Shown here one piece after another: positions 10,488 through 18,547 of a DNA stretch of 64,000 nt (position 1 is the first letter of the stretch; each line of letters starts with the position of its first letter). The notes below the pieces were generated by a model. The model was not told the origin of the DNA, did no database searches, and was given only the letters and a program-made list of their open reading frames with translations. A program made the translations under genes and the position numbers. The stretch is from an uncultured delta proteobacterium (lineage in GTDB: Bacteria > Desulfobacterota > Syntrophia > Syntrophales > UBA2192), in NCBI GenBank assembly GCA_963810965.1, contig CAWEPT010000016.1:5051-69050 (forward strand), written 5' to 3'.

Positions 10488-10522
10488 AAACCCTGAACTC
10501 GATACCCTGAACCCTGAATACG
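10488..10522. repeat. ACCCTGA-type heptamer array
   Basis: AAACCCTGAACTCGATACCCTGAACCCTGAATACG, immediately before the USP RBS. Confidence 0.8.
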
Positions 10523-10534
10523 AAAGGAGAAGGT

Positions 10535-10981
10535 ATGATCAAAAGGATTCTCATGGCGACGGACGGCTCAAAAACGTCCGATCGGGCGCTCAAGGTTGCC
10601 ATCGAAATGGCAAAGAAGATGGGGGCGAAGCTCGCCCTCGTCGGGGTGATCGACAACCGCCTCTATGTGGGCCGAACGATGCGTGCCTCAGACTCGCCGA
10701 CGCGGATTGCCGAGTCCGTCGAGGACTACCTGATGCAGGTTGCAGGGGCATACCTTGCCGACGCGTCCAGACAGTGCGAGCAGAGCGGGATCGAGCCCGA
10801 GATCGTCATTCGGACGGGGCATCCGGCCGAGGAGATCCTGAAGGAAGCCCGCCGGTCGAAGGCCGACCTGCTGGTCATGGGATCCCACGGAAAGAGCGGG
10901 ATCGGCTCGGTGATGGGCAGCGTCACCTTCGCGGTGCTCCACGGGGAGTCACGGGTTCCGATCCTCGTCGTCAAAAAGTGA
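10535..10981 (+). CDS. universal stress protein (UspA family)
   Basis: AAAGGAGAAGG RBS. ILMATDGS...ADLLVMGSHGKSGIGSVMGSVTFAVL...PILVV. Confidence 0.85.
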   Translation: MIKRILMATDGSKTSDRALKVAIEMAKKMGAKLALVGVIDNRLYVGRTMRASDSPTRIAESVEDYLMQVAGAYLADASRQCEQSGIEPEIVIRTGHPAEEILKEARRSKADLLVMGSHGKSGIGSVMGSVTFAVLHGESRVPILVVKK

Positions 10982-10992
10982 GGCACCGGGTG

Positions 10993-11550
10993 ATGAGCGA
11001 CAGGAAAGCCGACAGCGGAAAATCGACGCTTGTCTACAGGGGCCCTGTATTCAACCTGTTCGAGGATGATGTGGAACTGCCGAACGGCAGGGTGGTCCGG
11101 AGAAGCCGGGTCGAGCACCGGCCCACCATCGGCGTTGTCCCGTACATCGGCGACGGGCAGATCGTGCTGATCCGACAGCACCGGCATGCCGTCGGGACGT
11201 CGCTGATCGAGATCCCGGCCGGGACCATGGACAAGGGGGACGAATCCCCGGAGGAATGCGTGCAGAGGGAGCTTGCCGAAGAGGCGGGCTTCCGGGCAGG
11301 TCGGCTTGTAAAACTGTTTGGAGGGTATCTCGTCCCCGGGTATGCGGACGAGTTCATGCACTTTTATCTGGCCTTCGATCTCATCGAGGCGCCGCTGCCA
11401 CCCGATGAGGACGAGTTCATCGAGACCCTGACCTGCCCGATGCCCGAGGCCCTGCGCATGATCCGGGACGGGAGGATCGTCGACAGCAAGACGGCCCTGG
11501 CCCTTCTCCTTGCTGCGGATTATCTCCGTGAAAACAAGATGATGACCTAG
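10993..11550 (+). CDS. NUDIX hydrolase (ADP-ribose pyrophosphatase-like)
   Basis: Nudix box GTMDKGDESPEECVQRELAEEAGF. Internal ATG at 10993, 12 nt after the USP stop. Confidence 0.8.
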   Translation: MSDRKADSGKSTLVYRGPVFNLFEDDVELPNGRVVRRSRVEHRPTIGVVPYIGDGQIVLIRQHRHAVGTSLIEIPAGTMDKGDESPEECVQRELAEEAGFRAGRLVKLFGGYLVPGYADEFMHFYLAFDLIEAPLPPDEDEFIETLTCPMPEALRMIRDGRIVDSKTALALLLAADYLRENKMMT

Positions 11551-11586
11551 GGCAGGGAGCGGCGGCCTCTCTCCGGGGGCTGCCGC

Positions 11587-11751
11587 CTAGCTCTTCTTGC
11601 TCGTCTTGGTCTGGAACGTGGTCATCTGCTGCTTCACATTCCTTTTCTTGCAGGCGGGGCAGCTGATTTTACCCTTGTCGCGTTCCGCCATGCTCATGAC
11701 AAGAGTGAATGTCCGCCTGCAGTCCTCACAACGGAATTCATAGGTCGGCAC
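11587..11751 (-). CDS. FmdB-family zinc-ribbon protein (54 aa, GTG start, absent from the ORF track)
   Basis: Hand translation: (M)PTYEFRCEDCRRTFTLVMSMAERDKGKISCPACKKRNVKQQMTTFQTKTSKKS*. AGGGGGGA RBS upstream. Shows the PTYEFRCE.C...CP.C signature. Confidence 0.65.
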   Translation of the reverse strand: MPTYEFRCEDCRRTFTLVMSMAERDKGKISCPACKKRNVKQQMTTFQTKTSKKS

Positions 11752-11866
11752 CGCTCATCCCCCCTTTCTTTATGAATCAGCATTGTACAGTTCTGGCGAA
11801 GGCCGTCAAGGCCCATGTGCGATCCCCGGTATGACCGGTCATGATCCGCCTGGACGCCCTTGTCGA

Positions 11867-11882
11867 TGGCACGAATCCTGCT
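11867..11882 (+). promoter_or_regulatory. candidate sigma54 promoter
   Basis: TGGCAC-GAATC-CTGCT, with GG and GC 10 nt apart. The predicted start site would fall after the TTG at 11888. Confidence 0.45.
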
Positions 11883-11944
11883 GACGATTGAAAAACAGCC
11901 TGAATGCCCATCGGAAATCAAACAAAACCACCACGGAGGACTGC

Positions 11945-12664
11945 GTGGACACCTATAAGATCCAAAGAGGAGACACGATTGATCGGGTCACGAAGCAGCT
12001 GGGAATGACATGGGACGAATTCCGGCAAGTCAACCCCGATGCCGTCGGGCGTTCTGCCAGGACGGGAAAATGGATCATCAAGGCAGGAAGCGAGGTCAAG
12101 GGGCCGGGTTCCTTCCAGTCGGTGCTCCAGGAACAGCGAACAGCTGCCAGAGAGCTCGCAAAGGATGCAGAAGCGCCGAAATCGAAAGGTCAATGGACGG
12201 AATACACCGTGAAGCAGGGAGACACCCTCTGGGGGCTGGCCCGGGATACCTTCGGGACCACCGTCAAGGAGCTCGCGAAAACGAACAACATCACGAACCC
12301 CGACCGCATCCGCCCGGGGCAGAAGATCCGTGCCAGGATACCGGACGCTGCAGAGAAGGTGACACCCGAAACCGGTGAGCGCTCCGAGGTGGTCGCCAGC
12401 TGGTACGGGAAAGAGTATCACGGCAGGCCCATGGCAAACGGCAAGATTTATAACATGTATGCCAGCACAATTGCCCACCGGACGCTTCCCCTCGGGACAA
12501 AGGTGGAATTGACGAACCCCGATACGAGCCAGATCGTCCGGGCCGTCGTGACGGACCGTGGGCCCTTCATCGACGGGCGCGACGTGGACCTCTCCTATGG
12601 CATTGCCAAGAAGCTCAACCTGGTTGAGAAAGGCGTGGGCAAGGTGATCATGGAAATTCTGTGA
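11945..12664 (+). CDS. rlpA: LysM-LysM-RlpA (double-psi beta-barrel) family lytic transglycosylase-like protein
   Basis: Track ORF starts at TTG 11888. GTG 11945 behind ACGGAGGA is the more likely start. LysM motifs YKIQRGDTIDRVTKQLGMTW and YTVKQGDTLWGLARDTFG. DPBB region ASWYGKEYHGRPMANGKIYNM...VTDRGPF. Confidence 0.75.
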   Translation: MDTYKIQRGDTIDRVTKQLGMTWDEFRQVNPDAVGRSARTGKWIIKAGSEVKGPGSFQSVLQEQRTAARELAKDAEAPKSKGQWTEYTVKQGDTLWGLARDTFGTTVKELAKTNNITNPDRIRPGQKIRARIPDAAEKVTPETGERSEVVASWYGKEYHGRPMANGKIYNMYASTIAHRTLPLGTKVELTNPDTSQIVRAVVTDRGPFIDGRDVDLSYGIAKKLNLVEKGVGKVIMEIL

Positions 12665-12690
12665 GTTGCTGCGAGGCAGCAGCTCACAGG

Positions 12691-12762
12691 CCCGAGGCTC
12701 GAGGAACGAGGACCGAGGAAGATAAAAAGCCTCGAGCCCCGTGCCTCGACCCTCGGGCCTCG
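12691..12762. repeat. inverted pair of CGAGGNN / CCTCGNN heptamer arrays
   Basis: CCCGAGGCTCGAGGAACGAGGACCGAGGAAG, loop ATAAAAAG, CCTCGAGCCCCGTGCCTCGACCCTCGGGCCTCG. Preceded by a separate hairpin at 12661-12687. Confidence 0.85.
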
Positions 12763-12764
12763 AT

Positions 12765-12809
12765 AAAAAAGCCCCCATCCTGTCGCTTATGCAGGATGGG
12801 GGCTTTTTA
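12765..12809. terminator. rho-independent terminator, usable from both strands
   Basis: A-run, stem GCCCCCATCCTG / CAGGATGGGGGC, then TTTTTAT. Confidence 0.75.
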
Positions 12810-12816
12810 TTGGAGG

Positions 12817-12893
12817 ACCTGTCTGGTCTATCTGGTCTGTCTCGTCTATCTGTCAGTCTATTCCGTCTGTTCCGTCGTTTCGTTCCCGGATCC
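12817..12893. repeat. GTCTNNC-type period-7 array (purine-rich on the minus strand)
   Basis: CCTGTCTGGTCTATCTGGTCTGTCTCGTCTATCTGTCAGTCTATTCCGTCTGTTCCGTCGTTTCG. It lies just 3' of the minus-strand gene ending at 12916. Confidence 0.8.
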
Positions 12894-12915
12894 TGTACTC
12901 GGACCCTTTACCCTT

Positions 12916-13161
12916 TCACCTTGGGCCTGCGTTCGGGATCCGGTCCCAGGCGTCCTTGTAGAGCCTGCCGATGCAGAGCGCCAGCCCCAGGAAGAACAGC
13001 CCCAGCATGAAGGTCGGAGGCGTGTGCAGCATCTGGTCGATCAGGTGACCCACGTACAGGAAGAGCATCGAGGCAATCACGATCGCAAACCCCCAGGCGC
13101 CGATCACAAGGATGTGTGAGAAATCGATCTGCCGCGGTCTTGCTTTCACTTGCGCTGCCAT
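12916..13161 (-). CDS. AtpZ/AtpI-like small membrane protein
   Basis: AGGAGGAG RBS. Two TM helices, with GHLIDQMLHTPPTFMLGLFFLG resembling the G..LD..L.T.P.F core of the ATPase_gene1 family. Confidence 0.5.
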   Translation of the reverse strand: MAAQVKARPRQIDFSHILVIGAWGFAIVIASMLFLYVGHLIDQMLHTPPTFMLGLFFLGLALCIGRLYKDAWDRIPNAGPR

Positions 13162-13215
13162 GGTCTGCTCCTCCTGTTCTTCGTCTTGTCCCTGCTACCG
13201 CTGGACGCTTCTCGC

Positions 13216-13488
13216 TTACATCAGGTTCTTGATCGCATCGGCCACGGGGCTCGTGAACAGGGCCACCATCACCGCGTACATCGCGAAGCTGCCAACGGCC
13301 TCGCTCAGGTAGAGCTTCTCGTACTTCTGCTTCAGGGACACGATCGTCATGCCGCCCACAATCAGGGCCCCCAGGTGGAAGTAGGGGAAGTTGCCGGCGC
13401 CCGCTGCGGCGTACTCGGCGAAGCTGAAGGTTGCGGTGATCAGCACTACGACTGCGGAGAGAATCAGGGTGGAAAGCGTCTTTTTCAT
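13216..13488 (-). CDS. hypothetical small secreted/membrane protein
   Basis: Signal-like MKKTLSTLILSAVVVLITATFSFA plus two hydrophobic segments. Forms an apparent operon with 12916..13161. Confidence 0.5.
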   Translation of the reverse strand: MKKTLSTLILSAVVVLITATFSFAEYAAAGAGNFPYFHLGALIVGGMTIVSLKQKYEKLYLSEAVGSFAMYAVMVALFTSPVADAIKNLM

Positions 13489-13700
13489 TTTGAGGTCCTC
13501 CTCGGTGTTTTTGTTTGTTGCCCGATACTATAGGAAGGACCGTGCCAGGACGGGCACCGGGCAAAAGATAGTTTGCAAGTTGCCGCTGCAAAAGGGAAAT
13601 TGACGATGCGCGGGCTTGCCGGCTTATCCCCCGATGCCCTCGGAAAGGCCCCATTTTGAAAGAAACGTTCAATCCGGGGGTGAACGAAACATGGAAGAAA

Positions 13701-13731
13701 GGGTAGAGGGTAGCGGGTCGAGGGTAGAGGG
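13701..13731 (+). repeat. GGGTAGA heptamer array (five G3 tracts)
   Basis: GGGTAGAGGGTAGCGGGTCGAGGGTAGAGGG, in a divergent spacer. Confidence 0.85.
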
Positions 13732-13741
13732 AAAAACAGAT

Positions 13742-13824
13742 GGCCGACAGTCCGCAGCCGACAGCCAAAGACGAAAAGCCAACAATGAATCTTTACTGTA
13801 GGCTGTAGACTGTCGACTGTAGGC
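13742..13824. repeat. ~85-bp imperfect hairpin element (copy 2 of the 10373..10460 element)
   Basis: GGCCGACAGTCCGCAGCCGACAGCC, A-rich loop AAAGACGAAAAG..., CTGTAGGCTGTAGACTGTCGACTGTAGGC. Same orientation and roughly 80% similar by eye. Confidence 0.8.
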
Positions 13825-13879
13825 TTTAGATGGCATATGTTATAAAGGATTATGACGTTTGGGGAAAGGAGGGTTGAAG

Positions 13880-14177
13880 ATGAAGAGGATTCTAACTGGT
13901 ATTTTATTGTCGTTGATTATGCTGTCCGTCATTCACGGGGTCGTGCAGGCGCAGGAAAGGAAGCTTCCGGAACCGGGCGGGGGAACCGTGGCCGTCCTCG
14001 ACAAAGCGACATTCGTTGAGGTGCGTGACCGCGGGCCCGGCTAACCACAGCGTCATCCTTTACGAGGTCGTGAAGGGGAAAATCCGGATTGTTGATGCGG
14101 TGAGGGTCAACAGCGATTTCACAAAAGATCCCACCATCATCCGGTACACACGGATCAGGGATATCAAGGAACAGTGA
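13880..14177 (+). CDS. hypothetical small secreted protein, one frame change near 14035
   Basis: GGAAAGGAGGG RBS. Signal peptide MKRILTGILLSLIMLSVIHGVVQA. Continues in another frame as ...SVILYEVVKGKIRIVDAVRVNSDFTKDPTIIRYTRIRDIKEQ*. Confidence 0.45.
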
Positions 14178-14276
14178 AGAACAGGTCACGAGGTTCGAGG
14201 AAAAAGGACCAGGGACGAGGTGAGACGATCTCAAATCCGCGTCCGATTCCTAATTACCTAATCACCTGTTACCTTT
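14178..14276. repeat. purine-rich / pyrimidine-rich degenerate arrays between convergent genes
   Basis: GAACAGGTCACGAGGTTCGAGGAAAAAGGACCAGGGACGAGGTGAGACG ... GATTCCTAATTACCTAATCACCTGTTACCTTTC. Confidence 0.7.
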
Positions 14277-15609
14277 CTAGCCACGCGGCCAGATCTTCTT
14301 GAAGGCCGTTTTCGGGAAGAAGCAGTGCGGGCACTCCTCGGGGGGCTCAGGCCCGTAGTGAGTGTGGCCGCAGATCCTGCAGCGCCATGCGATCGTGTCT
14401 TTATCGAGGTGAACGTCCCGCTCCGCCAGCAGCGGGAAATCCTCGATGGGCGGCATCACGGGCTTGTAGCCGTCCAGGACGTACCGCGACACGACGACCC
14501 TCTGGATTTCGCTCGTCCCCTCGTAGATCATCGGGAGCCGCATGTCGCGCAGGAGCTTCTCGATGGGGAAGAGCCGGGTGTATCCGTACCCGCCGAAGAT
14601 CTGGAGGGCCTCACTCGCCACTTCAAAGGCGGCCTCGGTGGCATAGAACTTCGCAATCGATGCCGAGATGGTGGGGTCCATCCCTGAATCGTTTTCCCAT
14701 GCGGCCTTCCAGGTGAGCAGCCTTGCCGTCTCCACCTTCTGGTACATCTCGGCAATCTTGAAATCAATGGCCTGGAAGTCGGCCAGCCGCGCGCCGAAGG
14801 CCCGGCGTTTTTTCGCATAATCCACGGCCAGCTCCATGGCCGAGCGGGCGGCTCCCACACCGAAGGAACCGATAATGGGCCGCGTCCTGGCGAACGTCGT
14901 CATGGCCATCACAAACCCTTCGCCCGGTTGCGCCAGGACGTTCTCCGCCGGCACGCGGGTATTCGTGAAATGGATCCCCGCCGTATTGGAGCCGCGCTGC
15001 CCCAATTTGGGGATCGTCTTGCCGACCCTGACGCCGTCCCAGCCCTTCTCGACCAGGAAGGCCGCGATCCCCTTGTGCCCCAGCGACGGGTCGATGGTGG
15101 CGAAGATGGCAAAGTAGTCGGCCACGCCCGAGTTGGTAATCCAGTATTTGGTCCCGTTCAGGATATAGTCGTCGCCGGACTTTTCGGCCTTGCAGCGCAT
15201 GCCCGCCACGTCCGAGCCGGCCAGCGGCTCCGACGTGGCGAAGCAGATGAGCTTGAAATCTTTTGCCAGGACGGGGAGATATTTTTCTTTCGCCTTCACG
15301 TTTCGCGACAGCAGGATCGGTTCTGCGCCGAGCGAATTGTCGAAGATCGACGTGGCGAGTCCCGCGCAGGCCGCCGAGATCTCCTCGACCACCAGGGCGC
15401 ACTCGAGGAGCCCGCGGCCCTGGCCCCCGTATTTTGCGGGGAGGGTGAGGTTCATGATCCCTTCTTCCCAGGCTCTCTTGAGAATGTAGAGGGGCAGCTC
15501 GTCCTTTTCGTCGTAGTGCCAGGCGATGGGGAGAACCTCGTTCGACGGCAAAACGGCGCGCCTTGTCTCTCAATTCAATCTGTTCGGGGGTGAGAGAGAA
15601 ATTCAGCAT
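14277..15609 (-). CDS. acyl-CoA dehydrogenase with C-terminal rubrerythrin-type rubredoxin-like Cys4 domain, one frame change near 15545
   Basis: N-terminus MLNFSLTPEQIELRDKARRFA (ORF 14764..15609) joins ORF 14277..15551. ACAD motifs FATSEPLAGSDVAGMRCKAEKSGDDYILNGTKYWITNSG and QIFGGYGYT. Tail WRCRICGHTHYGPEPPEECPHCFFPKTAFKKI. Confidence 0.8.
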
Positions 15610-15834
15610 CGAAAGCCTCCTTCCATGTGTCTTTCAGAGGTTAATGCGTCATTGCGGACGGCGGGAAGCATCGTCGGACCGGATCGTTTACTTTATTATT
15701 GTTAAACGAAATGGACGTTGATATCAAGCCGATCTTGCACCCGGGTATTCCATCATTCACATGGGCCTTTATCGCCTCGCGTCTCCGTGCTATACTGATT
15801 CATGTAAATCGCTCGTGAAGGAGGAACCGATCTC

Positions 15835-15915
15835 ATGACGCTTGCCATGTACATCCTGATCGGCGTTATCCTCGTTGCCGCGATCTACTTCATCGTCCGC
15901 GGTAAAAAACCCTGA
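15835..15915 (+). CDS. 26-aa single-TM peptide (absent from the ORF track)
   Basis: GAAGGAGGAA RBS 7 nt before the ATG. MTLAMYILIGVILVAAIYFIVRGKKP*. TATACT at 15791-15796. Confidence 0.45.
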   Translation: MTLAMYILIGVILVAAIYFIVRGKKP

Positions 15916-16022
15916 AACGACATGACATGAGGGCACAAAGTCCGGGCGGGTGGAAAAGGCACCTGCCCGAAGAGAGTGTGTTCGTGCGCGTTCCGGCATC
16001 CGGTGCCCTGCAATATATAGGA

Positions 16023-16051
16023 TTGACAGCCTGTTCGACCTCGTGTAGCCT
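16023..16051 (+). promoter_or_regulatory. candidate sigma70 promoter for the LysM-NlpC/P60 gene
   Basis: TTGACA, 17-nt spacer, TAGCCT. This would leave a ~135-nt GC-rich structured leader. Confidence 0.3.
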
Positions 16052-16191
16052 CAAAACGCTCGCGTGATCCGGTCCTTCGGGGAGGGAACCCGCCGGAAGG
16101 AACCGGACTCCGTATCGGACATAAGGCCCCCGATCTGCCGGGGACGCCTCATTGCATCATCCCTTGAGAATCAAGGAGGAGAGGGACTCGA

Positions 16192-17236
16192 ATGAGGAAG
16201 CGAGAGCTTTGCCTGTGGGCGAGCCTGATTTTTTTCTGCCTGCCCCTCCTGTTTGCCTCACCCTCGTCGGCCGCAGAGCGCTACACGGTGAAACCCGGCG
16301 ACAGCCTTCACAAGATCGCAAAGAAGTACCACGTCAGCGTCGATACCCTCAAGGAAGCCAACCGCCTGGAGGGCGACACCCTGAGGCCGAATCAGGTCCT
16401 CGTCATCCCGGGCGGCAAGTCGGCAAAAAAAATCGCAGAGAAGAGCGCTGCAAAAAAGAAGAGCGGCACGGACGCGACGGTCTATGTCGTGAAGACAGGG
16501 CGATACCCTCGCCGGGGTGTCGGAAAAAACGGGTGTGCCCGCATCGGAGATCAGGAAGACAAACGGGCTTCGGTCATCGAAGTTGAAAGCGGGACAGCGG
16601 CTTGCCCTGGCGAAACCTCCCGCAAGAGCGGAAGAGGACGAGGATGATCTCGAAGAGGCCGGGTCCATCGAGGCCGGTGAGCTGGCCGCCCTGGGAGAGG
16701 ACCGGGAGAGAGGGGAGGCGATTGCCCCCATCTCGCTTTCACGATGGAAGGATCCGGGGGAACGGGACCTTTTCGTCAAGGTGGTGAAATCCTACGAGGG
16801 CGTACCCTACAAACTCGGCGGGAACTCGATGCGGGGAATAGACTGCTCGGCCTTCACGAGGAAAGTTTACGGCGTCTTCAGCATCGATCTGCCCCGAACG
16901 GCAAGGGAACAGCTCCAGCAGGGAAAGCGCGTCGGGCGAGATGAGCCTGGACACGGGGGATCTCGTGTTCTTCCAGACGCGGCGAAATCGGATCCACGTG
17001 GGGATCTTCCTGGGCGGGAGCGAATTCTTCCATCTCTCGTCGCGAAACAGGGCAGGGAAGGTCGACAAAATCGACTCGACCTATTTCAGCACCCGCTTCA
17101 TCAGCGGAGTCCGTCTGAAAGAAACGAACCGTCCCGCGAAGCTCCAAAGCCCGACAGGACCGGGTTCTCCCGCCGCAAGCCCCCGTCCCCAGCGGTGTCA
17201 CCCTCGGCCGAGGCGGCTCACTCGCCGGGAAGCTGA
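16192..17236 (+). CDS. LysM-LysM-NlpC/P60 cell-wall endopeptidase, copy A (two +1 frame changes; stop assignment uncertain)
   Basis: AAGGAGGAGAGGG RBS and signal peptide MRKRELCLWASLIFFCLPLLFASPSSA. LysM YTVKPGDSLHKIAKKYHVSVDTLKEANRL. NlpC/P60 motifs GIDCSAFTRKVY and RIHVGIFLG. Shifts near 16500 and 16940, seen as 1-nt insertions relative to copy B. Confidence 0.7.
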
Positions 17237-17269
17237 TCACCTGTACCTGCTGAAGAGTTCAAAGAAAAT

Positions 17270-17307
17270 CGCCCCGGTTCTTTCAGAAAGAATCGGGGCG
17301 TTCTTTT
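17270..17307 (+). terminator. rho-independent terminator after copy A
   Basis: Stem CGCCCCGGTTCTTT / AAAGAATCGGGGCG followed by TTCTTTT. Confidence 0.75.
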
Positions 17308-17365
17308 CAGCCTCACCTCAAGTCTCCCCCCGGGAAATGGAACTAAGATTATTCCCCCTCCTCCA

Positions 17366-18366
17366 TGCCTGCCCCTCCTGTTTGCCTCGCCATCACCGGC
17401 CGCAGAGCGCTACAAGGTGAGGCCCGGCGACAGCCTTCACAAGATCGCAAAAAAGTACCACGTCAGCGTCGATTCCCTCAAGGAAGCCAACCGCCTGGAT
17501 GACGACAGCCTGAGGCCGAACCAGGTCCTCGTGATCCCGGGGGGCAAGTCGTCAAAAAAAAGCGCACAGAAGAGCGCCGCAAAAAAGAAGAGCGACACGG
17601 ACGCGACGGTCTATGTCGTGAAGAAGGGCGACACCCTCGCCGGGGTGTCGGAAAAAACGGGTGTGCCCGCATCGGAGATCAGGAAGACCAACGGGCTTCG
17701 GTCATCGAAGCTGAAAGCGGGACAGCGGCTTGCCCTGGCAAAACCCCCCGCAAGAGCCGATGAGGATGAGGATGATCTCGAAGAGGCCGGGTCCATCGAG
17801 GCCGGTGAGCTGGCCGCCCTGGGAGAGAGCCGGGAGGGTGCCGCGGCGATTTCCCCCATCCCGCTTTCGCGATGGAAGGATCCGGGGGAACGGGACCTTT
17901 TCGTGAAGATGGTGAAATCCTACGAGGGCGTGCCCTACAAGCTCGGCGGGAACTCCATGCGGGGGATCGACTGTTCGGCCTTCACGAGAAAGGTCTACGG
18001 CATCTACAGCATCGATCTGCCCCGGACGGCAAGGGAACAGCTCCAGCAGGGCAAGCGCGTCGGGCGCGACAGCCTGGACACGGGCGATCTCGTGTTCTTC
18101 CAGACGCGGCGAAATCGCATCCACGTGGGGATCTTCCTGGGCGGGAGCGATTTTTTCCATCTCTCGTCGCGCAACAGGGCAGGGAAGGTCGACAGCATCG
18201 ACTCGACCTATTTCAGCACCCGCTTTATCAGCGGGGTCCGGCTGATGGAAACGGACCGTCCTGCGAAGCTCGAAAGCACGACAGGACCCTGGTGCACCCG
18301 TCCACAAGCCCCCCGTCCCCTGCGGTGTCACCCTCGGCCGAGGCGGCTCACTCGCCCGGAAGCTGA
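17366..18366 (+). CDS. LysM-LysM-NlpC/P60 endopeptidase, copy B (frame intact; no start codon or N-terminal half of the signal peptide)
   Basis: Homology to copy A begins inside the signal peptide (CLPLLFASPSPAAERYKVRPGD). There is no ATG/GTG/TTG in frame between the stop at 17234 and the GTG at 17417. The track ORF 17417..19468 runs on into antisense of the next gene. Confidence 0.55.
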
Positions 18367-18395
18367 TCCCCTCCTGAAGAAGAGTTCAATAAGAG

Positions 18396-18433
18396 CGCCC
18401 CGGTTCTTTCAGAAAGAATCGGGGCGTTCTTTT
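18396..18433 (+). terminator. rho-independent terminator after copy B
   Basis: Same stem as 17270..17307, followed by TTCTTTT. Confidence 0.75.
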
Positions 18434-18473
18434 CAGCCTCAAGCCTCTTTCAGGAAAGGGATAAGAGATTATT

Positions 18474-18543
18474 CACCCTCACCCCACCCTCTCCCCTCAA
18501 GGGAGAGGGAGAATCAAGGAATAGGGTTCTTCATAGGGAGAGG
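18474..18543. repeat. C-rich / G-rich inverted low-complexity arms
   Basis: CACCCTCACCCCACCCTCTCCCCTC AA GGGAGAGGGAGAATCAAGGAATAGGGTTCTTCATAGGGAGAGG. Confidence 0.7.
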
Positions 18544-18547
18544 CAGA

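Larger units (their letters stand above)
16238..18480 (+). repeat. tandem direct duplication, about 1.13 kb x 2
   Basis: Unit A is ~16238-17360 and unit B ~17367-18480. They align base for base over gene and terminator, about 90% identical by eye. Confidence 0.85.

Noticed and set aside
13521-13548. A sigma54-like motif on the minus strand (TGGCAC-GGTCC-TTCCT) upstream of the small membrane-protein operon.
   Set aside because: The -12 position reads CC instead of GC, so the motif is too weak to report as a feature.
13616-13801. A 61-aa ORF in the divergent spacer (MPAYPPMPSERPHF...).
   Set aside because: It runs through the GGGTAGA heptamer array and the hairpin element, and is most likely non-coding.
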